A stretch of DNA of 60,012 bases, the filler included, from Dirinaria sp. TL-2023a (lineage: Eukaryota): the NCBI GenBank assembly GCA_051941275.1. It is 4 parts of 4 records of this genome, joined end to end, with 100 filler letters (N's around TTAATTAATTAA, not from the genome) between each part and the next. Parts side by side here need not be neighbours in the genome. Positions count along the whole stretch, not along the records: positions 45,133 to 60,012 come from JAVEBF010000573.1; 3 more parts are not named here. One strand, written 5' to 3'. Under the pieces are notes generated by a model. That model made no database searches, had not been told where the DNA came from, and worked only from the letters and a program-made list of their open reading frames with translations. Position 1 is the first letter of the stretch; the number at the start of each line of letters is the position of its first letter. Of this stretch, positions 50,707-60,012 are shown one piece after another. Made by a program: the position numbers and the translations under genes.

Positions 50707-53472
50707 ATGGCCACCACCACCAACGGGGTCCAGAGCCCTAGCTCTATCGGGAATGCCAACCAGTCATCCATCACCGGCAAACGGAAAAGGTCTGACAACC
50801 ACGAAGAAGTTGACGGAGACATACAACCTCCACAACATGACCCCGATCGACTCGACATCAAAGCATCACAGCTGAACAGTCTCCTGCAAGATATCGTGAC
50901 CCTATTAGAGAAGTGGGTGATCCACTTCCTTCATCGAGAATCCGTCCCATGCAGCATCTGTACTAATGGCTGTCTCCACCGTAGTCATGATACATCCCCG
51001 TCAACACTGAATCGCCCCGTTACTTCCACAATCGAACACGAGCACTCGCCCAGTGCAAAGAAGACGAAACTTTCGGAAACCAGCAAAGAAACCACGGTAG
51101 CTTCCCTCGTTGCTGCTGGAGCATATACGACTATCGATCAGTTCCTTGCAGACATGGAAACCGCATTGAAGGAGGTGGCTGAGGCATTGAAGGGCAGCCC
51201 AGAGATGGAGACAATGACGGCGGGTGTCACAGCGTTCAAAGCAGAGCTGGAGAATCTTCTCTGGACCGAGATGGTTATGCGGCCGAAGCTGTTGGCTTCC
51301 AAGAGCAGTACGCAAGGGCTCGACTCAAAGAACGAACCGGAATCCCCTCAAACCTCGTCAAGCCAGAATGATGCCGGCAATCCGCAGAGTGCTGCCAGGA
51401 CAGTCCTTACTTTATTCGGGAGCGCACCTCATCCTAGGCAGCTGTTCTCAAGCTTTCAGCTACCTGTACCCGGACAAGATATAGACTCGCTCTATGACCG
51501 CGGCCAGAGTCCTTCCATGCCGGCTATTAGAGAAGCTGCTCTTCCAAACGGCATTTCCACTACGACAATCATACCAATCCATAGCGCCGATGTTGATCCT
51601 CATAAGAGAAAGGAACAGACGCTCGGAGAACTCCTGCCGCAACCGCCATCCCTCGCTCATCTCAATCCACCAAGACAGTCGAAACATACTGCGACTAGAA
51701 GCTCTTCTGTGAACTGGTTCAACCCTTCCGACTCCCTCCCTTCCAGCCGCAGCTATCGGCGAGATAATTTTGTGACACAACCTTTAACCACTGGCCAATG
51801 GCTAGCGTATAATGTTCCTCCATCCGCAGCAAAGATGTCGTCCCCCGAAGCCAAAAGAAAGCAACGAGACCGCGCATTAAGCTTTGGAGAATCCCAGACA
51901 GCACTCCCCCAGGAGACGATAGACGCCCACAACCAGGCCAAAGAGGACGCTCTGTTTCGCAGTGCGTTTTCCAGTTTTGCACCAAACAGCGACTACACTG
52001 GGAGCATAGTCAATGCCCGCGCAAAGAATAGGGTTTGGTGGGAGAAATTCGGGGAGCCGAAATACGAAAGTGCTCTAGCAATGACAGACTACGAAATGCT
52101 TGACGAGTCCGAAGTAGTGGATGGCGAAACGGAGCTAGATGCTGATCGCGAGCTTAGGCTCTTTGAGGAAGCTGTAGCTTCATGGGATGGCGAAGAGCTA
52201 CCTTCAGAACTCAAAGAGTCCGAGAAGCAGATCAGAGACCCTCAGACAACGCAGGAAATAGACGAAATCCTCAGGGAGATTTCCGAAGCGCTTGAAACCC
52301 TGAACTCACACCAACGTGTTCGAAACCTTTCATTGACAACCAGTGCTCGTGCCACGGCAGGGCAAAATCCACAACTTACCGCAACTTCCAAAAGTCCAAC
52401 CAGTCCCTCGGCTGACGAATTTGATATCTACGAAATCTTGAGGTCACATCTCGCATTAATGGTGTCGCAACTACCGCCCTTTGCTTTGGCTAGGTTGGAT
52501 GGAGATAAATTATCGGCCCTCAACGTCAGTACGAAGATCCAAGTTCCAGGGAAAGTCTACAAAGGCTCTATGGAGGAAGACGAGATCAGTGCGAAGGCCA
52601 GGCAAGCATCCAACGCCGCTGTGTATCCTGCAACAGCCAATGCGACTTCAGGTATACCAGCTCGGTCAAGTGTGTATGCCAGTACACCCAACCAGCCAGT
52701 CCGCTCAAGCTACACTGCGCAACACCCTGCGTCCAGACAATCTTCCTCTTATTTGCCGAATCAACAGTACTCAAGCCGGCCCATAACCACCACCCAGTAC
52801 CTCGGGAATGCAAGCTCATCCTACGCCACCCAGCAGCGGACGCCCATGGCTTCGGAGCGATATTCTTACACCGCCTCGCAACAATATGGCCAGCGACCGT
52901 CGCAGTCATCGCAGAGCAGCTATACCAATGGCTATCGCAGCTACTCGGGGCAAAACGGGGGTTCATATGGACAGCATTATAGCACACCCACTCAGGGAAC
53001 GACTCCTACGCAGAGACCGACGCAACCTGGCTATCAGCAACGCGCGGCGAACTCTCAAACCTACAGCTACAGTACTGCGTCTGCGGGCAAGAGCGGCTCG
53101 CCCGCGCAGAACGCTTCTGCATACACCCCCCAACAGCGCTCTTCCTATGCCGCGAACAACGCTCAAGCAAGTCCACATCGTCCGTCGATGTACCAATCCC
53201 ACTCCTCGCAATACAGCAGCCACAACTCGTCCACGGCGAATGCCAACGGAGCGAGCAGTGACAAGTCACCGAGCCATTCGACCTACATGACCGCCAATGA
53301 CCAAGCGGCCTTGATGAATCGCCAGAAGGCTCAACTCGCGGAGCGGCAAAGCCACCCGCCTAATCGGCAGGCTTCGGGAACTCCGCAGCCAGCTAATGGC
53401 ACCTACGCAGGGCAGACGGCGGGAACCCCACCACCGCAAACCAACGGCATTGCTGCCAGCCAGGGAAAGTGA
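50707..53472 (+). CDS. Conserved fungal nuclear protein (possibly Rsc58-like chromatin-remodelling subunit)
   Basis: ATG 50707, probable intron 50913-50984. NLS-like GKRKR, LFRSAFSSFAP motif, long S/Y/Q/N-rich low-complexity tail. The Rsc58 similarity is tentative. Confidence 0.75.
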   Translation: MATTTNGVQSPSSIGNANQSSITGKRKRSDNHEEVDGDIQPPQHDPDRLDIKASQLNSLLQDIVTLLEKWVIHFLHRESVPCSICTNGCLHRSHDTSPSTLNRPVTSTIEHEHSPSAKKTKLSETSKETTVASLVAAGAYTTIDQFLADMETALKEVAEALKGSPEMETMTAGVTAFKAELENLLWTEMVMRPKLLASKSSTQGLDSKNEPESPQTSSSQNDAGNPQSAARTVLTLFGSAPHPRQLFSSFQLPVPGQDIDSLYDRGQSPSMPAIREAALPNGISTTTIIPIHSADVDPHKRKEQTLGELLPQPPSLAHLNPPRQSKHTATRSSSVNWFNPSDSLPSSRSYRRDNFVTQPLTTGQWLAYNVPPSAAKMSSPEAKRKQRDRALSFGESQTALPQETIDAHNQAKEDALFRSAFSSFAPNSDYTGSIVNARAKNRVWWEKFGEPKYESALAMTDYEMLDESEVVDGETELDADRELRLFEEAVASWDGEELPSELKESEKQIRDPQTTQEIDEILREISEALETLNSHQRVRNLSLTTSARATAGQNPQLTATSKSPTSPSADEFDIYEILRSHLALMVSQLPPFALARLDGDKLSALNVSTKIQVPGKVYKGSMEEDEISAKARQASNAAVYPATANATSGIPARSSVYASTPNQPVRSSYTAQHPASRQSSSYLPNQQYSSRPITTTQYLGNASSSYATQQRTPMASERYSYTASQQYGQRPSQSSQSSYTNGYRSYSGQNGGSYGQHYSTPTQGTTPTQRPTQPGYQQRAANSQTYSYSTASAGKSGSPAQNASAYTPQQRSSYAANNAQASPHRPSMYQSHSSQYSSHNSSTANANGASSDKSPSHSTYMTANDQAALMNRQKAQLAERQSHPPNRQASGTPQPANGTYAGQTAGTPPPQTNGIAASQGK

Positions 53473-54853
53473 AAGGTGCCAGGGATGGACTGGCGACGCA
53501 TCGTCGGCGCTGTTGCTCACGGTTGGATAGGGCGCATGGTCGAGTGCGGAACGGGGGGTTGGGTGCAAAATATATCCATCATGTAAGGACAGTCAGGTAG
53601 ATGGGTTGTTGTGTTCTACGGACAGTGCACGTGATAGACCAAATCATCGTTGAACTGCAAACTTGCCATTGTTCCCGAAGACTGGCCGCCGTCTTCGCGG
53701 GATGGATGTATTGTGCGTCTGGCCGTGACAATGGAATCGGCTTACTTTATGCTACATGTAATAATGTACTTACTTTGTACGAGGTTCCGAGCCCTAAAGA
53801 AAGTGTTGTGAAAGATACTTATGGTACCTCTGTAATCTGTTACTCTGTAGTCTGTACCTTGGTCTGTAGCTTACCTTGAGGTACGGTAAGGTACCTTACT
53901 CGTACCTTACCTTACCTAAGTCATGCCACGCCATGGACCTGAATGCTGAACTGCTGATCCACGAACCCTAGATCAGGCCTAAAGCCCTATACTATAGATA
54001 CTCGTACTATGCAGTACAAAGTGAAAGGCCCCGAGTTCGTCAATTGATGCCCGCACTTTCATTATTCTTCTTCTACCCCAGCATCATGAACCCGATCTCT
54101 TCCGGCATCTAGTACGAGCCTATGGCACCGTCTCGATTATCTCGCACATACTCGCCTTGCATAGATAGCCACATCGACGCACGACCCAACATCCTGCATG
54201 ATCAACGACGAATGGAACCTCCCTCACTCTCTCCCTACACGCCGCCTTCTGATCCTCCTTCCTCGCACTGCTCTTCCGCAATTGGCGAGAGACAGAGACA
54301 CGTCCCAAAAATGTGAGGGTGATGTTTCAAGCACGAACATCCTGAGATGATGCGGCGCCGCGCTGAAGAAACTAGGGTCTCCCCCATGGGGGCCATTTTT
54401 AATCTCTCCCTGACCTTTCCTTATTCTTGTTATCGGGCATCCGCGCAAGCCTCGTCGCTAAATTCGGTCGCATGCCGGCCGCCAAAGCGCGCTCGCAGGA
54501 TGTAAGGATCATCGTGGCATTATCGTAATGGCCCCTTCCCCTCCATTAATATTGACGATTCCGCGCTCAACTGCTGAGGCATTGTCTCATCAACAACCAC
54601 ATACTATGCTCGTCTCCCATCGCTACTACCTCTCCACTGGCCCTGACCATTCTTATCGTGGCATCGGGGAGTTCTGCGTCGCTGCCGGACCAAGGGGATT
54701 CCCAATGCGGCTTCTTGCTTACGATAAACCCCGAGAGAGCTGGGACAGCTTACAGAACCTACCGCAGGCACAAACCATCCATTCTCGACTCAATTGACCT
54801 TCCCACACCCTCCACGATCGACCATTCTCACCACAGAAGAGTAAAAGCCTACA

Positions 54854-56539
54854 ATGCCATTCATTTCGGGGGATAATCGCCGTCGCCAATTGAGACGACT
54901 TTCAACCAAGAGCATCACGCAGGCATCAACTGCCTCCAAAGAGTCCGCAAAAACGAATGGCACTAGCTCGGAGCAAACACCAGTGGTGAGAAAGCGGCGG
55001 GAGTCAAAAGGAGCAAAGCACAATGGAGCCAATGGTACGGGGCCACCGGTTGCTGGGGTTCCAGAGCCAACAGCCGAGGACCAAGGCGCAAAGGCTCCCA
55101 AGAAAGATGATGTCAATGTCTTCAAGTTTATGGAAAAGGATGAAGCCAGTGCCGTAGCCGACACCGATCACAGCGACAGTGACCTCCCGGACCTGTCCCC
55201 GTCATCCAATTCGTCCTCTTCGCAATCCGAGTCCCCTCATCCACCACAGCAACAATCCCCATACAGTGAGTTGGAAGTCGACGCTACGGAACAGAAGGAG
55301 GGTTTCCTGTGGTACGACAACCATAGGCGGGACCACAGCCTCAATTCGGACTCTGGGGTGTCCATGCTCTCCGCCAGCCCCGCGGGAAAGTCCCCTATAC
55401 TGGGCTTCAAAAACAAATTTCATAAGCCCGACGATGAGGCACCGACTCTGAGCCATGGTGAAACTATGAGCGGCCTTATCAGGACCTCCATTCCTGAGCA
55501 CCCAGCTGCCCGCATCAGCCATAGTCCGACTCTCGATTTGCACCTCGTGGAGGAGCCGGAGAGCTACTACAGCAGCTCTCCACGACCCCGACCTCAGCCC
55601 AAGATACCAAATGCAGCAACCACCGAGGATCCCCAAGCTGGCTTACAACCTTCATGGCAGCCGAGCGCATACCAGTCGAGTCAGAGCAGCCGACCACCTC
55701 CTCTCGATGCACAGATCCAAGTCGGGAAGTCAAGCTGTGACCTGTCAGCTTCCGGTATCGAGTGTCGAAATGAGGCTTCCTTGATGCCCATCTACCGCAA
55801 ATTTGAGACATTGAATAATAGAATTCTGCTCTATCTGCAGGACGAAATAACCAAGATGGAAGAGGACTTGAAGAGGCTTGACGCAACGATAGCCGAAGAG
55901 GATGGGCAGGCTGTGCATCTGATGGCGCCAACGCACATGTATCCAAGTCAGTCAAAGTGGCAGAGGCATGAATTGATGTGTCGGATTCTGGCCAGGGTGG
56001 AGCAGTACAGTAGGCTGGCCTTCGCCAAAGGGCTGAAACAAACATCGCTGACCGGGGGAAACAGATACCGCGCTGAGCTCCTATAGCAATCTGACAAACA
56101 GTCTGCAGCCGGCCTCTCAAAATGACATACACAATTACCAAGAGTGGATTGCGAAGCACGCACCTCTCCGCCAGGAAGGGGCGGAGTTCCTACATAACGG
56201 AGCCGATCTTATGACTCTGCTGAAACCCAAACCCCCAAAGTCGCTGTATCCACAGGATATACCAACAATGGTCGTGGTCGTGACGCTGGTGTCGACCATC
56301 GTTGTTTTCCGAGTGGTGCCGTCGCTCCTTGCTCGGCTTGTGATCAGCGCCGTGGCTGGCTTGGCCTCTCTTTTCGCACTTGCGCCACACGTACTTACGG
56401 ATGTGAAAAAGATACGAGCGTCAAAAAGATTGATCGGGAGGTGAGCTCTTACCACGGGTCTCTGCTACTGACTCTGCTGACACGACTCATCATCAGCTAT
56501 GCTGCGGTCATGATTGTGCTAGCCATTGTAGTTGGCTAA
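54854..56539 (+). CDS. DUF6594-type protein with C-terminal transmembrane helices
   Basis: Exons 54854-56009, 56065-56440, 56497-56539. Motif PIYRKFETLNNRILLYLQDEITKMEEDL and hydrophobic C-terminus ending YAAVMIVLAIVVG. Confidence 0.8.
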
Positions 56540-57794
56540 CCTAAATCTGCAACGGATGGTAATTCCTGTCGTCAATGCATCTGGAAATAATCAGCATTCC
56601 TCGACACGGGCGATGTGCTATGTATTCGTATGGGACCACTGGCGGCGTCCTGACGCTATGATACATTTCAATCACAGCTCGGCTGCTCCACGTAGATTCA
56701 AGCTCGACTAGTGGACCGAAGAGTGAGTTATATCATTGTCGGACTTTATAAGTTGGCGTTATCTAATGGTACGTGGAGGACCACGCAGAGCCAACTTCCA
56801 CCACCGACCCGGAGTTAGGAGCTCAAGTCCTAGATAAAGCCTCGAAAACTTGCTTCCTAGCTGGATTTTAATATCGAAAATATCGCCAAGTACCGTTTGG
56901 TGCTTTGGGCAGTGGAATCCACTTGCTCTAGGATCTCCAGCCTCGAGCCGATATCAACTAGCAAAAGATGAGAAGTGAAGCTCCATGGACACTCCGGCAT
57001 CGTCTCAGGGTCAGGCGTTCCAGCTGCAACGTGCAGGCCTATGTCAGAAGTATTCTATCCTAGCTTCAGCAAGAACGAGAGGATGTGGCTTTGCAAATGC
57101 TGGGGGGAAATCACGCCGCACCGCTAACTTCAATTTTCGGGGTTCTCGGTGGAGAAGGAGGGCGTATAAAAGCTAAAGCAGGAAGCTTGAAGACGAACGG
57201 CCTATAGAATGATGGGCCTAAGTCTGCTACTAGTTCTGCGGTTTTTGGCTCTGGAGGGCAACTCATTATAAACAATCTCATGTCACGTTTCGGGCATTCG
57301 GAATGTAGAAAGTATTGAGTAGAGTAGCTCCTAGTTGGATCAGGAGGACCCTGCTGCTTGAAACCTATCGTAGTTATCCATTCTAACCCGTACCTTAGCC
57401 AGTTGCTGCTTGTATCGGACGCCAGTCGATAAATAGCGGTAACTGGAAAAGGCTTAAGGTGGTTTGCGAGTGAACTCGCCTATTGTTGCTCCGTCTTCCA
57501 GCTCCGTCTTCCAATGCCTGACAGTGTGCTCAATTGCTCATTAGAGATACGAGTACTCATGAAGTATGGTCCTGCGTCTGTGATACTACCTTACTATCAG
57601 TCACCTAGGCTCTAGTAATTGAATGAGCGCGACCGTTGTCAGTAGGGTTCGTATGAGCCATCCTTACGCGTTAGCGACTCTACGAACACCAGCGCGATGC
57701 AGCATCTGACGCCTCCTTGCCTTGCCTGAATTTGCATTTCAGTATCTGCATCGACTTTCCTGGTCTATCTGCGCGTGCATTCCAACCCTGCGAG

Positions 57795-58723
57795 ATGCTT
57801 CGCTCAAACTCAGTAAGCGCCGTCTCGACCGGATATGCCTTCTTCTTCATGGAATTCCAAGCTTATATACTGGTCTACAGGCCCGACAACTTTTCTTGAG
57901 GCTAAATATCAGACCCACCAAAGTCCCCCAAAGCCATACGGCGCCCCCTCTCCGAGGACTTTCACGGCGATTCTTCAGCAGTGGGTCGCCCCCATCTGCC
58001 CTCTACACCCGTCTGCCCGTCTACACAATCATTGGGGTCTGTTGTGGCGGGTACTGCTTGAATTACTATGCCGACCAACAAGCCATGCGCCGTGACCACC
58101 GCTTGAAAGATATGATTACCAACCACTTTACCTGCTCGCTGGAAAATTTCCTCAACGGACGCTCTTACACTATGCTCACCGCCTCGCTGATGCACTTCCA
58201 AGTCATCCACCTCGCCTGCAACATGATTACTTTGTACAGTATTGGCCCATTGATCATAGGGTATTTTGGGTTGAGATCTTTTATAATGCTGTGGACGGGC
58301 GGGAGCTTGTTCGCCTGTGCCGGGCAAATGATCTGGCAGACCCACAAAGGAAGAGCGATCGCGTGGTGGGACCAATACATCATGGGCAGGTCGAAGGGCA
58401 CGTCGAACTACAGTCACGTGCTCTCAAATCCGTTCAGAAACGCCACAACTGTGGGTGCAAGCGGCAGTCTCTGCAGCATGATTGTAGCCATGACTTTCGC
58501 AGTACCGCAAGCGACGATGCATTTGATTATCCCGATTCCATTGCCTCTTTGGCTTTTTACGGCGTTTTTTGCAGGCGGAAGTATCTATTGCTGTTTCGAA
58601 GAATTATTGCAGGGAATTGAACATGCGGGCCACATAGGCGGAATGATTTTTGGAAATTTTTTCTTCACTGCGTATGGACTGTCACTGAGAAGGTCGATGA
58701 GAAGGCTGCCGAGATTTCGCTGA
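57795..58723 (+). CDS. Rhomboid-family intramembrane serine protease, mitochondrial (Pcp1/PARL-like)
   Basis: Micro-exon 57795-57812 (MLRSNS), intron 57813-57880, exon 57881-58723. Arg-rich presequence, HFQVIHLACNM, catalytic GASG and HAGHIGG. Confidence 0.88.
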
Positions 58724-60012
58724 GCGAAGACCACGCTACCGGCTTGCTTTTTCACACGATAGTGATGGAGAAATGACGATCACCCTATTTCCGTTAGAAT
58801 TCTACACAACCTTAGCAACCAGATCGAAATCTCGGGTTCGGGCCTGCCACTTCAAGCCTCGGTTATGTTCGCTGTGATGGGCCGTCGACGCGGCTATGTA
58901 AAATATAAGGTCACGTATACACTTTTGCTCACCTTGATTGTTTTTCTGGGTTATGCGTGCTCTGATAATATGAGCTGAATTGGAAAATTTCATTGCGATG
59001 TAAAATATCCTATGCGTAACGGATGTCTGGCCTCGCTCAGCTCAATGTCTCGGCACGCCCTCTAAACTACGAAGCTCAGGAATAAATTTTCCTCTGTTGC
59101 AACGCATCGGAGATCTGTGGTGATGTAGTCCGGTTTCAAAGCAGGTGGCTACTTGATTCACCAAGTGTTAGATACTTTCTTTCCAACAACAACAATAGAT
59201 ACTGGTTTGACTCTCTGGCATCATGGCACCTGGAACTCGAAAGCTGCTACTAGGGAGGACTTTAGGAATGGCTTCTTATCTCCTTAGCGGAGACTGAGCA
59301 GAATAAATCGACCAGAATTGATTTTGAACCTCTCACAGACGTTCAAATCACTCTTGTTGAGGCTTTCCCCCTATTATCATTACTTGGCTCTCTAAATAAG
59401 CTCCAACTAATGCTTATGCTTACCTTATGCTAGCAATTAGATTAGATCCTATCAGACGCTAAAGTCTGCGCCTACAGTCCGCAAAAAAACCAAGTAAAAA
59501 GCTCTGCTGCAGGATACTTTCTTACCTATCAAATCCATCTTTTCACTATATCTATGATATTCTCTCCGAGGTTTTACTCTAGTGATTCGCTCACCTCGCA
59601 AATTTTTATATCAATGGCTCTTTTCAGCTCATGTTTTCTCTCCCTTTATCAACTTCTCCTCGGAGATCCTCCCGGTCGGTATACTATAGAACCTTGTACG
59701 CCATGTTCGAATGGTTCCCGATCTACGCTCTTTACAGACATGGTTCTTGTTTATTTCTAGAAGATGTGGAGATTGACTGATCATTACCGGTTATGAACAA
59801 CCAGAAGAAAAGGTTTTTTGGCTCGTTATGATACATACCTATTGGGCCGTTGATCTCCTCAAAAAACTCTGCTTAAGGGAAATGAGATCAATATCTCCGT
59901 CGCTACACTCCTCTTCCTGGGATTCGACGGAAGACAAAATCTAGTGTGGGATTGCCGGTTGCTTCACCTCGATTTAGACGGGTATTCGTTTAAGTTATGA
60001 AACCTTAAGAGA

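Overview
Fungal nuclear DNA (filamentous ascomycete, Pezizomycotina; intron-containing genes with GT-AG sites and CTRAY branch points). The window is not one locus. It is four separate contigs (1-14965, 15066-30026, 30127-45032, 45133-60012; 14965/14961/14906/14880 bp, i.e. sorted by length) joined by artificial 100-bp N44-TTAATTAATTAA-N44 spacers. Most content is housekeeping or conserved fungal genes: HRQ1 helicase, a Zn2Cys6 transcription factor, Rrn11-like, a RING-H2 protein, U2SURP (partial), a HAD hydrolase, HMG-CoA synthase ERG13, a GPI-anchored protein, an AtmA/CtvD-like membrane protein, complex I NDUFS3, NOT4, APP1-like (partial), a rhomboid protease and several conserved hypotheticals. 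The most unusual parts are: (i) a ~5 kb degenerate region at the start of contig 3 with a transition-only, CC/GG-depleted (non-classical RIP-like) mutation signature and three copies of a hairpin-forming, intron-shaped repeat; (ii) a NOT4 locus able to encode a short (835 aa) and a long (about 1520 aa) isoform through a ~700-nt alternative intron; (iii) a long HAD-gene intron containing a snoRNA-sized stem-bounded element. Family assignments come from recalled motifs, not database searches. I cannot establish a definitely novel system from sequence alone.
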